64,000 bases of DNA. Origin: a virus (taxonomy: Duplodnaviria; Caudoviricetes). The position numbers and the translations under genes were made by a program. Shown here piece by piece: positions 29,107 to 38,682 of this stretch. The notes below the pieces were generated by a model. It did not search any database. It saw nothing but the letters and a program-made list of their open reading frames with translations, and was not told the origin of the DNA. Each line of letters opens with the position of its first letter. The first letter of the stretch is position 1. The DNA lies in the IMG/VR virus record IMGVR_UViG_3300034375_009028; one strand, given 5' to 3'.

Positions 29107-30040
29107 TTACTTTTTCAATACTTGGAATATAATGGTTGCGAAGAACTTCTTTCCATTCAAAGTTCTTTGAATATTCAATAATTTCTTCTCTATGATTTAC
29201 TGAATATTCTCTATTTTTTATAATAGCATCTTCAACATATTCAAGATCTTCTATTTTACTTTCTGGAATTACTGTAATAAATTCTTTATCTAAATCAAGA
29301 TTTGCTTTGCCCCATTCACAAACAACTACTCCTAATCCAGCAGCAAGAGCTTCCATACAAACAAGTGGATGTGCTTCCCCATCCGAAAGAAGTACTAAAT
29401 TACCATAGTCAGTCAGATCATTATAAAGAGTTTCTTTTGACCATTCACCAAGATAGTTTTTAGAAGTATTAAATCTTTGGTCTGCTAAATTTCCAGCAAA
29501 CCAAAGACTATCAATACTTTGGAACATATGCTGACGCTTACGATAATCAATTTTAGCAAGATAGATACTTCTGTCTGCATATTCTGGAGTATCTGTTACA
29601 CGGAATCTTTCCCTATTAACGCCATTAGGAGTTACATAAGTATTTTCCTTAGGAATATTAAACATCACATTATAAACACTTTGAATTCCAGGAGATAGGC
29701 AAAAAACATTTGGTTTAATTCTTTGGAATTCATTCGCAACATTTACGTATCCACCAAACATTTCTTTGCGTTCCAAATATCCAAAATGACTAGTGATTGC
29801 ATTTGGATATTGAATATATGGAACAATAGGAATGAATTCATCATAATGGACATGAACAAAATCTGGAACAAAAGCATTTATTCCATTAATAATTTGTCTA
29901 AAGTCTTTTGTATTGATAATTTGAACTTCATGTCCTAGTTCTTCTAGAGCATTTTTTGTGTCCCATACTAGAATTTCAACTGCTCCCCAACCTGTTGGGG
30001 GAATAGGCATAATTCCAGGACCTACTAATGTAATTTTCAT
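29090..30040 (-). CDS. GT-B (GT4-like) glycosyltransferase
   Basis: GPGIMPIPPTGWGAVE N-terminus and LLSDGEAHPLVCMEALAAG (E-x7-E motif). Confidence 0.8.
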   Translation of the reverse strand: MKITLVGPGIMPIPPTGWGAVEILVWDTKNALEELGHEVQIINTKDFRQIINGINAFVPDFVHVHYDEFIPIVPYIQYPNAITSHFGYLERKEMFGGYVNVANEFQRIKPNVFCLSPGIQSVYNVMFNIPKENTYVTPNGVNRERFRVTDTPEYADRSIYLAKIDYRKRQHMFQSIDSLWFAGNLADQRFNTSKNYLGEWSKETLYNDLTDYGNLVLLSDGEAHPLVCMEALAAGLGVVVCEWGKANLDLDKEFITVIPESKIEDLEYVEDAIIKNREYSVNHREEIIEYSKNFEWKEVLRNHYIPSIEKVIERHA

Positions 30041-30504
30041 TTTAATTTATCGGGGTAATCTGTACAAATTCCATAACAACTAGTAACACGAAGGTTATCC
30101 CAACTCATGTTATTCCATTCTGGCATCACAATAACAGTATTGTTAGTATATCTCTTTCCTGGATAAGCCCATATTTGATGTTTGCTTGTTAGTGTATAAT
30201 CATCTTCTTGATGCCAAAAATAATTATATCCAGAAGTGAGAGAACTCATATGGTGCAAAGTATCTAGGTCTTTGCAATGTATCCATAAATTATCTTGCCT
30301 TGCTGCCAACCAAAACAAAGTAACTAAATGATCTGGTTCATCATGTCCCAACCAATAAGTGTCCGTTTGTCTATGATATCTAAGATCAATTTCAACATCA
30401 TATCCTTTACTAATACACTCATCAACTTGAGAGGGAAGATTTTCTAACCTGGGGTCAGGACCATTTGTGTTCGCTCGATGAGCAATAATTCTTTTCTGTT
30501 TCAT
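30037..30504 (-). CDS. Small GDPD/PLC-like phosphodiesterase
   Basis: IIAHRAN, GYDVEIDL, LGHD, LWIHCKD, GICTDYP. Confidence 0.7.
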   Translation of the reverse strand: MKQKRIIAHRANTNGPDPRLENLPSQVDECISKGYDVEIDLRYHRQTDTYWLGHDEPDHLVTLFWLAARQDNLWIHCKDLDTLHHMSSLTSGYNYFWHQEDDYTLTSKHQIWAYPGKRYTNNTVIVMPEWNNMSWDNLRVTSCYGICTDYPDKLK

Positions 30505-31232
30505 AGTTTTTGTCTAACACATGCGGCGTCCATCGTGCATGGGGCAAGATCAGAAAGATTAAACCTTCTCAAGAATGACCCCATCTTAAATGCTTCTGGA
30601 GATGGTTCCCAAATACCTTGATAAACATGTTCAATGTCATCAAATGCATTTTTTGACCACTCAAGATACCTAGATCCAAAAAATTGGATTGTGTCTGGAA
30701 ATCTGGGATGATGTCCAGGCAAATAAAACTTACTAGAATCGCATTGATTTAAATCAGGAAATCTAATTAGAGAAGTATCATATCTAGCCAACACAATAAA
30801 ATCATATTCGGTTCCAGTCTGTTTGGTATGTTCTTCAACCAAATTAGATACCTTTTGAATAGAACGTAACTGTGACATTACATTACTGTAATTTTTTTCA
30901 TTCCAATGATTTCCTTGTGGATGCTTCCCTGTGAATTTAGCATCTATAAAAGATTTTGCTTTGGGGGGAAGAACAAAAGTTTCTGGAGCATCATACTCAA
31001 GAACAACTGGTTTATAATTTCTATCAATTACATCCAAAGCATCTTTTGGAATTGGGCATCTACTAATCTTTGACCAACTAGAATAATCATATTCTCCTCC
31101 GTCTTCTGTCCACCAAGTGTGACAAAAAACATCAGTATCGTATCTGTTTAAAATTGTCTGTTTATATGTGTTGATCACTTTAGGAGTATCAACAAATCTA
31201 GGTTGTCCAAAAAACGCTAATGCTACTTTCAT
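30501..31232 (-). CDS. Putative glycosyltransferase-like protein (KVALAFFGQPR family)
   Basis: ALAFFGQPR, DVFCHTW, YDFIVLARYD, DTIQFF; paralog of 33202-33915. Confidence 0.55.
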   Translation of the reverse strand: MKVALAFFGQPRFVDTPKVINTYKQTILNRYDTDVFCHTWWTEDGGEYDYSSWSKISRCPIPKDALDVIDRNYKPVVLEYDAPETFVLPPKAKSFIDAKFTGKHPQGNHWNEKNYSNVMSQLRSIQKVSNLVEEHTKQTGTEYDFIVLARYDTSLIRFPDLNQCDSSKFYLPGHHPRFPDTIQFFGSRYLEWSKNAFDDIEHVYQGIWEPSPEAFKMGSFLRRFNLSDLAPCTMDAACVRQKL

Positions 31233-31831
31233 TTACTGTACCCAAATGCCATAAAGTCTTCTTTAGTGTGATTATACACTATTTCTTTTAATTCGTCAGT
31301 GTAATATGTTTCAAAAGAATCATGTTTAGTATCATTCGTTTTTGGGAACGATACTGAATCAAAAGAAAGATTTGTTTTTTTAACAAACAGATCTTCCCAT
31401 TCTTCTTGTATATTTTCAAACTTTAATATATTAACCTCAACATCACCTCTATTTTTAATAAAATCAATTTGCCTTAAAGGAGATTGTTCTGTCCAATAAT
31501 TTCTGGGTGGTCTAGGGTCTCCATCAGTATGAGTGGGCCAATCGTGGAACTCTCCACTTTTTACCCACTCTTCAAAATTATTATACTTCATAATAAACTT
31601 ATGATTATGTCTCCTATGCTGAGACCACCATGAAACAAACCTATCATAAGGATTTCTAACTATCATAAAGTATTGATAATCCTTATAATCTGGGATAGAT
31701 TTTACATAATATTCAACGGTATCGTGCCAATAACTAAAATCAAATCCCTTAGGAGACAACAAAACATTTAATGTTGTAGTACATGCTCTAGGATTTCCAA
31801 TAAAAATTATTTTTTGTTGTCTATTAATCAT
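31229..31831 (-). CDS. Sulfotransferase (Sulfotransfer_2-like)
   Basis: 5'-PSB-like PRACTTT, 3'-PB VRNPYDRFVSWW and a C-terminal YYTDE..EIVY...KEDF..FGY. Confidence 0.8.
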   Translation of the reverse strand: MINRQQKIIFIGNPRACTTTLNVLLSPKGFDFSYWHDTVEYYVKSIPDYKDYQYFMIVRNPYDRFVSWWSQHRRHNHKFIMKYNNFEEWVKSGEFHDWPTHTDGDPRPPRNYWTEQSPLRQIDFIKNRGDVEVNILKFENIQEEWEDLFVKKTNLSFDSVSFPKTNDTKHDSFETYYTDELKEIVYNHTKEDFMAFGYSK

Positions 31832-33205
31832 TCAAATATCCCCATCATAATGTTCAAGGAAGTAATTCAAATCTTCTGGAGTACCAATACCCCACATACC
31901 AGACTTATCGATTTCTTTGATTCGAATCTTCTTGCCATCATCAATCGCTTCATTAAATACTGGGCAAACGTAATATTCATTATTAACACGAATATCCTTT
32001 TCAATCATCTGCTCAGCATACTTAACATAATCAGAACCCTTCTTCCAATAATAGATACCAACTGTAGCGTGCTCAGAAATAGGTTTCTTCTCAGCAACCT
32101 CTGCAACGTATCCATCCTCTCCCAGTTTAGCATAAGACCACTTAGGATGGGTTGCGGGGAAAGTAACAATTCCACCATCAACCTCACCATTTTGGAATGC
32201 ATATAGAGTCTCGTTAGAGTCCCATTCAACAAACTGGTCAGAGTTTGCCATTACTAGCGGTTCATCTTTGTTGATGAATTCTTTCGCAAGTAGAGTGGTA
32301 CAAGCTGCGCCTTCGGTGATACCATCGACTTGTACAATGTTACAACCAGGAGCAATGAGAGGTAACAGGTAATTAAGGTTATACTTGTCATAATGTTCTT
32401 TTTGTACAATAAATGTATAGTTTGCTTTGATGTTCAGGTTCTCCACAACAACCTGAATCATTGGTTTACCTTTAACTTCAATCAAGGGTTTGGGGAAGGT
32501 GTATCCCTGACTAGCAAACCTGCTGCCAGCACCTGCCATAGGAATCAGAACATTCATAGTCTTGCTCTCCCATGCAACTTTTTTCTTTGTTCCATTAAGA
32601 ATTTTTTTAATGCGATCGATCTTACTCTGATTAAGATCTTTACGATCTTCTACAGGAACAAGATGGCACTTACTATCTAAAGCACCCTGGCGACCAATAT
32701 GACTATCTTCAATAATAACAGTATCATTTGGAAGAGCACCAAGTGCAGTCATACACTTCCAATACATTGCTGGAAATGGTTTGTTACGAACAACGTCTTC
32801 ATTAGAGACGTACATGTCAACAAATTCAAGAAGTCCCAAACGCAGAAGAATAATCTTGACAGTATTACGAATACTGTTAGAAGCAACAGCAATTTTATAA
32901 CCAGCATCTACAAGTTGCTGGAAATAACCCATAAGTTGATAATCTTTAGCGACACAATCGTTAAAAATTTTGAGGGTTGCTTCTTGCTTGTCTCTCCAGA
33001 TTTTATCATATTGATCTACTGGGAGACCTTTATTTTTTGTTAGTAGTTCTAGTTTTGCTTTTGTAGGAAGACCATCATAGATGCTGACATGCTCTTCTCT
33101 ACTAATTGCGTATTCTGGACCAAGTGCCTGGTTTAGTGCATCGTAATGATAATCTTTACTATCAATTAGTACACCATCTAAATCAAAAATAACAAGTTTC
33201 GTCAT
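31832..33205 (-). CDS. HAD phosphatase fused to an NTP-sugar nucleotidyltransferase
   Basis: N-terminal FDLDGVL, KP and IEDS HAD motifs; C-terminal LIPMAGAGSRF...PKPLI and WGIGTPEDL. Confidence 0.88.
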   Translation of the reverse strand: MTKLVIFDLDGVLIDSKDYHYDALNQALGPEYAISREEHVSIYDGLPTKAKLELLTKNKGLPVDQYDKIWRDKQEATLKIFNDCVAKDYQLMGYFQQLVDAGYKIAVASNSIRNTVKIILLRLGLLEFVDMYVSNEDVVRNKPFPAMYWKCMTALGALPNDTVIIEDSHIGRQGALDSKCHLVPVEDRKDLNQSKIDRIKKILNGTKKKVAWESKTMNVLIPMAGAGSRFASQGYTFPKPLIEVKGKPMIQVVVENLNIKANYTFIVQKEHYDKYNLNYLLPLIAPGCNIVQVDGITEGAACTTLLAKEFINKDEPLVMANSDQFVEWDSNETLYAFQNGEVDGGIVTFPATHPKWSYAKLGEDGYVAEVAEKKPISEHATVGIYYWKKGSDYVKYAEQMIEKDIRVNNEYYVCPVFNEAIDDGKKIRIKEIDKSGMWGIGTPEDLNYFLEHYDGDI

Positions 33206-33915
33206 CTTACGTTTTTCCTATCTCTCCAAAGTAAATATTTCCAATTGTTTTTTGTAATTGGAAGTTCATGTCTTTTCTGTGCATTGAATCCAAGAATACA
33301 TTCTGGATTTATCTCTGCACCCATCTCACATAACTCAACAAAATTATCATATACGTCAAGATATTTATCCATCAATTCAGAAGACCCAAAAGCAAAGTGA
33401 TCATTTATACCATGCTCAAGATGTGCAAATTCATTTAATACATTGACAGTATTTAAATCGTAATTAGTTACTGGTCCAATCTCTCTAACAAAATATTCAT
33501 CTGTTCTAAGTCTAATCACACAATCATACTTAAAATTATTTTCTTGCTCATACTGTTTTTTAAGTTCATTGGCACAACTTAAACTATAGAACATTGAAAT
33601 AATGTTATTGACTGGGTGAGGAAATCTACTATCAGGAACAATATCCTCAGCTTCAAATTCTTTTGGTTCTTCAAAAACAATTTTCTTTGGTTGCCATTTG
33701 TCTGACATAAATTGTTTTAAATCGGATTCCCAACGTCCTCTGTCTTTATACTGATCCCAGAAGTATGAACCTACCCACGCTTCATCATACCAGATATGTG
33801 CAAATACATCAATCTCGCTATCTTGGTTTGCTTCCCAAAAAGTATTCAAATGATTCTTATAACATTCTTTCAGGTGTCTAGGTTGTCCTGAATACAATAA
33901 AGCAATTTTAGACAT
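33202..33915 (-). CDS. Putative glycosyltransferase-like protein (KIALLYSGQPR family); start revised to MSKIALL
   Basis: SGQPR, DVFAHIW, YDCVIRLRTD, NDHFAFG; the revised start overlaps the GT6 stop by 8 nt. Confidence 0.55.
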   Translation of the reverse strand: MSKIALLYSGQPRHLKECYKNHLNTFWEANQDSEIDVFAHIWYDEAWVGSYFWDQYKDRGRWESDLKQFMSDKWQPKKIVFEEPKEFEAEDIVPDSRFPHPVNNIISMFYSLSCANELKKQYEQENNFKYDCVIRLRTDEYFVREIGPVTNYDLNTVNVLNEFAHLEHGINDHFAFGSSELMDKYLDVYDNFVELCEMGAEINPECILGFNAQKRHELPITKNNWKYLLWRDRKNVR

Positions 33916-34627
33916 GATACTTACTATTATCTTTAGATAGGTGTACAATTTTTGGGTCAAAGGTGCATGAGTCTGCAAATACTTCTGGATATGCAAATGA
34001 TGGATGAACAACAAAAACATCTTCTCTATTTTGAGAATAGAATTTGTTTAAATGACTCTCATCATGCCAAGTAGCAATTATATCCTTTTCATAATCTTCA
34101 TCAATCCTACGATCAAGTTCATTAATTAAATCAAGAACTTCAGGAATTCTACCACCCCACAAACAACCTTGGAAATATACTGAGATATCATCACCTTCTG
34201 TAAAAGAAGCATTGGATAATTTAGTGGTATCAAATGCTCCAGTCCCACTATCGTGAGGTGTCATTTTTAGATAATGGCATGGATGATGAACGCCAATATA
34301 TTTCTTAGATTCATCAATAATGTCAGATACATTTACAGTATCAACAACCAACATATCTGCATCTAAAAAGACCAACCAATCACAATCCTCTAGATCACCA
34401 AAAGCTTTATTAAGCATTTTAAATCTGTAAAGAGTTATAAATGGCCAGTCCAAGTGCTCCTGCGAATAAATTACTGCATTGTCTGGTGCTTCTGGAATCT
34501 CACCATCAGTGAATACCAAATATTTTTTTTCTACATCAGGAAGAAAAAACTTTTCGCAATTCTCATACCATCTAGGTAAAAAGTTTAGATACTTACTTGT
34601 TCCAATAAAAACTACAGCGACTTTCAT
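33908..34627 (-). CDS. Family 6 glycosyltransferase (ABO/alpha-1,3-Gal(NAc)T-like); start revised to MKVAVVFIG
   Basis: FIGTSKY..F, CEKFFL, LVFTD, FLDADM (DxD), YFQGCLWGG and WHDESHLNKF are GT6 signatures. Confidence 0.88.
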   Translation of the reverse strand: MKVAVVFIGTSKYLNFLPRWYENCEKFFLPDVEKKYLVFTDGEIPEAPDNAVIYSQEHLDWPFITLYRFKMLNKAFGDLEDCDWLVFLDADMLVVDTVNVSDIIDESKKYIGVHHPCHYLKMTPHDSGTGAFDTTKLSNASFTEGDDISVYFQGCLWGGRIPEVLDLINELDRRIDEDYEKDIIATWHDESHLNKFYSQNREDVFVVHPSFAYPEVFADSCTFDPKIVHLSKDNSKYHV

Positions 34628-35418
34628 TAAATTACAATCCAATCAGGGCAATAAAGATCCTTTGTGTCCAGGTGTGCATTTCCAGGTCCAAACCATTTTT
34701 GTGGGGCAATTACCTTTTCGCTATTGGACAACCATGCACCCCACCAAGAGAATGAAGAGTTTGCAATAATATGTCCACTACACAAGGACATTAAACACAT
34801 ATCAACATAGTTAATATTATTTTCAGCAATCATAAATCTTTCATCATCAAACAAAGATTGTTGATTGCACCATTCAGTATCATCAGAAAAAATAATCACT
34901 GTTCTATCATTATCAAAATGAGATAGAGCTTCTTCATAATAAGACAATTCCAAAGCATGATGATTTGGATTGGTAGTATAATCTGTTCTTCGAATATGAA
35001 GTGCTACTGGATTATCTACAGTTTGAATCATTTCTTTTGCTGGTTCCAAATACTCAGATCCAAAAGTAAAGTCTTCTTTGATCTCATCTTTGATGTGAGC
35101 AAAGTATTTTTCAGATTGAAAGTATCCTTCAAGATTTACCCACTTTGGGCAATTATTAAATAACTCTTCATCAAAAGCAAAGGAACTTTCTTTTACAGTT
35201 TCTCTTTCTCCACAAACAAATTGAACATTAAGTGCCTTTAGTCCTTTTAAAGTAAAGGCATAAAATAATTGATGATCAACATATTCGTTCGGAACTTTTT
35301 TTGGAGGAGGGATCATCCAATTTAAATTATTATTAGCAGCAATTCCACGCAGTGATGCGTATTGGAACATTTGATTTCCAAGTCTGCCAAGTTTTCCTAA
35401 GTTATTAAATCCTATCAT
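34627..35418 (-). CDS. Alpha-1,2-fucosyltransferase, GT11
   Basis: GRLGNQMFQYA, GYFQSEKYF, HIRRTDY, IIANSSFSWWGAWL. Confidence 0.92.
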   Translation of the reverse strand: MIGFNNLGKLGRLGNQMFQYASLRGIAANNNLNWMIPPPKKVPNEYVDHQLFYAFTLKGLKALNVQFVCGERETVKESSFAFDEELFNNCPKWVNLEGYFQSEKYFAHIKDEIKEDFTFGSEYLEPAKEMIQTVDNPVALHIRRTDYTTNPNHHALELSYYEEALSHFDNDRTVIIFSDDTEWCNQQSLFDDERFMIAENNINYVDMCLMSLCSGHIIANSSFSWWGAWLSNSEKVIAPQKWFGPGNAHLDTKDLYCPDWIVI

Positions 35419-36340
35419 AATTACCTAAAAACCAATTGTACGTTAACTCTAATCCTTCACGAAGATCATACTGATGTTTGAATCCAAGATTTTTTAATTT
35501 ATCAACATTCATCAATTTCCTGGGAGTACCATTTGGTTTACTAGTATCCCATTTTATTTCACCTTTAAATCCTATAACTTCTGACATTGTTTCTGTCAGT
35601 TCTTTAATTGATATATCTTCACCTGTTCCAATGTTAATGATCTCAGGTTCACTATATTCTTGCATACAGAATACAGTCGCTTCAGCCATATCCTCAATAA
35701 ACAAAAATTCTCTAAGAGGAGAACCATCTCCCCAGCACCAAAATTCTGAGTCACCATTTAGTTTTGCTTCATTCATTCTACGCATAATTCCAGGAATAAC
35801 ATGACTGGATTCTGCATTAAAATTATCATTTGGACCGTATAGATTTGTTGGTTGTAATGCTATTGCATCAAATCCATATTGCTGCCTATATGACTGGCAC
35901 ATTTTTATACCAGCAATTTTTGCAATCGCATATGCATCATTAGTCGGTTCTAAAGGACCAGACATTAACTGATCTTCAGTAATAGGAATAGTAGGATGCT
36001 TTGGGTAAATGCAAGATGACCCAAGAAAGAGAAGTTTTTTTACTCTATTCTTATATGATGCTTCAATTACATTTGATTGAATCATCAGATTTTGATAGAT
36101 AAAATCTGCAGGATAAGTGGCATTAGCGTATATACCTCCAACTTTTGCTGCAGCAAGAAAAACATAATCTGGTTCTGCCTCTTGCAAATAAAGTTGAGTT
36201 TCTACCTGATCCGTAAAATCAACCTCTTTTCTAGTTGCAGATATAATATTCCTATATCCTTTTTTACGAAGATTTCTCACTATTGCTGATCCAACTAAAC
36301 CATTAGCACCAGCAACCAATATTTTAGAATCACTGTCCAT
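35405..36340 (-). CDS. fcl: GDP-L-fucose synthase; start revised to MDSDSKIL
   Basis: [57 protein letters not shown]. Confidence 0.95.
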   Translation of the reverse strand: MDSDSKILVAGANGLVGSAIVRNLRKKGYRNIISATRKEVDFTDQVETQLYLQEAEPDYVFLAAAKVGGIYANATYPADFIYQNLMIQSNVIEASYKNRVKKLLFLGSSCIYPKHPTIPITEDQLMSGPLEPTNDAYAIAKIAGIKMCQSYRQQYGFDAIALQPTNLYGPNDNFNAESSHVIPGIMRRMNEAKLNGDSEFWCWGDGSPLREFLFIEDMAEATVFCMQEYSEPEIINIGTGEDISIKELTETMSEVIGFKGEIKWDTSKPNGTPRKLMNVDKLKNLGFKHQYDLREGLELTYNWFLGNYDRI

Positions 36341-37337
36341 AGATACACATATCCTCAATTAATTGATCAAATGTAATTTTTGGTTCCCACCCTAATTTTT
36401 GCTTTGCTTTTGTTGGATCTCCAAGAAGAGATTCAACTTCAGATGGTCGGAAGTATTTAGCATTTACTTTTACAACTGTTTTACCAGTATTTTTATCAAC
36501 GCCAATCTCTTCTATTCCTTCTCCACTCCATTCAATATTCATCCCAAAATAAAAAGCAGATTTTTCAACAAATTCTTTAACAGAATATTGCTCTCCTGTA
36601 GCAATAACATAATCATCTGCTTCCTCTTGTTGAAGCATCAACCACATAGCTTCAACATAATCTTTTGCATGACCCCAATCCCTTTTTGCATTTAGATTTC
36701 CTAAGTATAAGCATTCCTGAAGACCTGCAGAAATTCTAGACAATCCTCTAGTAATTTTACGAGTCACAAAAGTTTCACCACGACGAGGAGACTCATGATT
36801 GAATAAAATTCCAGTACAAGCATACATTCCATAAGATTCACGATAATTCTTTGTGATCCAATATCCATAAAGTTTAGCAACACCATATGGAGACCTTGGA
36901 TAAAAAGGTGTGGTTTCTTTTTGAGGTACTTCTTGCACTAATCCATATAACTCTGAAGTAGATGCTTGATATATCCTACAATGACGTTCTAATCCCAAAA
37001 TCCTCACTGCTTCAAGAATACGAAGAGTTCCCAGTCCATCAACATTACCAGTATACTCTGGCAATTCAAAAGACACCTTTACATGACTTTGAGCCGCTAG
37101 ATTATAAATTTCATCTGGTTGAGACTTCTGCAATACATGAACAATATTTGCAGAATCAGTCATGTCCCCATAATGAAGATGAAGATTTGGATGATTAAAG
37201 ATATGATCAATACGATGTGTGTTGATCATAGAAGCACGACGAATGACTCCATGAACTTCATATCCTTTCTCAAGAAGAAGTTCTGTAAGGTATGAACCAT
37301 CTTGCCCAGTAATTCCAGTTATTAATGCACGTTTCAT
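36330..37337 (-). CDS. gmd: GDP-mannose 4,6-dehydratase
   Basis: [63 protein letters not shown]. Confidence 0.97.
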   Translation of the reverse strand: MKRALITGITGQDGSYLTELLLEKGYEVHGVIRRASMINTHRIDHIFNHPNLHLHYGDMTDSANIVHVLQKSQPDEIYNLAAQSHVKVSFELPEYTGNVDGLGTLRILEAVRILGLERHCRIYQASTSELYGLVQEVPQKETTPFYPRSPYGVAKLYGYWITKNYRESYGMYACTGILFNHESPRRGETFVTRKITRGLSRISAGLQECLYLGNLNAKRDWGHAKDYVEAMWLMLQQEEADDYVIATGEQYSVKEFVEKSAFYFGMNIEWSGEGIEEIGVDKNTGKTVVKVNAKYFRPSEVESLLGDPTKAKQKLGWEPKITFDQLIEDMCIYGQ

Positions 37338-37408
37338 AAATTCAAAAAGTTTATACTTCTAGTATATCATATGATATCAATAAATACTACTACAATTCTA
37401 ACAGCATT

Positions 37409-38062
37409 ATGGATAAAAAAATAACAGTAAAAAAATTTGATGGTAATTACTTTTATAAAGCAAGCAATATTGTTCCAGAATATTTAATTGATAAGTTAGA
37501 ATCCACTTCAGTAGAATGGTTAGAATCTACTAGAAAAGATGTATTCTTCAAAAAATCTGGAGATAAAGATTTCAAAGAAAATAAAGAACATTATCCGCCA
37601 GAAGCATCTTCAGAACTAATATCAAATATGAATGTTAGTTCTAATAATATGTGGACAAACTATTTGTCATCTATTAAAGCACATGTGTTGGAGTATTGTA
37701 AATTAACAAAAACAAAATATCCACTAAAATTAGATTCTACATGGGTTACGAGAGTAGCAGATGTAGATATCCCAGGAGCTTATGATAGGAATCAATTAAG
37801 ATACTTAAGAGAAAATCATAATAATCTTGGAAACATGCATAGTCATAAAGGTAAAAGAATTGGTGTTATATTTTATTTAAAAAATCCAGACCCAAAGTAT
37901 GGAACAGTAATTAGATTAAATAACAATAAAATATTCCAAAATAATGGTGAAGAAAATAGTTTGTTGATATTTAACCCAGAGTTATACCATACTGCAATAT
38001 ACCCAAGTGAAGAAGATTTGCAAAAAAGTCCAAGAATAACAATAGTAACTGATTTTGTTTAA
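37409..38062 (+). CDS. Putative 2OG-Fe(II) oxygenase-fold protein (HxH type); only convincing plus-strand gene
   Basis: MHSH..RIGVIFYL, LLIFNPELYHTA, PRITIV; AATAAATA late box at 37379-37386. Confidence 0.65.
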   Translation: MDKKITVKKFDGNYFYKASNIVPEYLIDKLESTSVEWLESTRKDVFFKKSGDKDFKENKEHYPPEASSELISNMNVSSNNMWTNYLSSIKAHVLEYCKLTKTKYPLKLDSTWVTRVADVDIPGAYDRNQLRYLRENHNNLGNMHSHKGKRIGVIFYLKNPDPKYGTVIRLNNNKIFQNNGEENSLLIFNPELYHTAIYPSEEDLQKSPRITIVTDFV

Positions 38063-38682
38063 GGAAGAATCCAATCTGGCACATGGAATGGTTCATTTAT
38101 ATACCAATCAAAAATAATACAGCATTTTGAATATTGGTTCCTTCTAGGATAATATTGTGTACTTCGATATTTTGTTCCATCAAATATTACTAACCTATTC
38201 TCAAATGTCTTTATGTGATCAGTAGATACTCCACGTTCATTTACTACAATATAAGTATTTGGATCGATATTCTTTAACAAATATATTGATCTTATAAATC
38301 GTTTTTTTACTTGACCTTCAGGGTCTTTTATTTTAGATATTGTATCACTATAACATCTTCCTTTGGTAGATGTTGGTACATTTCTTTCAGCAAAACAAGA
38401 AAACGGTGTGAGCGAGTATTCATCAATTCCACGACTTTTTATGTATGAAGTAACATGCTTTTTAACTTCCAAACAAAATACGTTCCAACAGTTTAAAGAA
38501 TATGGAAAATACTTATCAGAAGTTAAAGCCAGTCCGTGACAATCTATAATAGATTTTGTTATATCAATATAATCAGTAGATAATAAATTAAGAGTCAAAT
38601 GAAGATTGCATTGAATATATAATTCATTTCTGATCTTCTCACTAAAAACATCATCTATAATCAAGAATTTATTTGTTTCCAT
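38059..38682 (-). CDS. Degenerate 2OG-oxygenase-like protein lacking iron ligands
   Basis: LIIDDVFS, RSIYLLKN, ENRLVIFDG and CIIFDW fit the fold pattern, but no HxD/HxH or distal His is seen. Confidence 0.45.
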   Translation of the reverse strand: METNKFLIIDDVFSEKIRNELYIQCNLHLTLNLLSTDYIDITKSIIDCHGLALTSDKYFPYSLNCWNVFCLEVKKHVTSYIKSRGIDEYSLTPFSCFAERNVPTSTKGRCYSDTISKIKDPEGQVKKRFIRSIYLLKNIDPNTYIVVNERGVSTDHIKTFENRLVIFDGTKYRSTQYYPRRNQYSKCCIIFDWYINEPFHVPDWILP

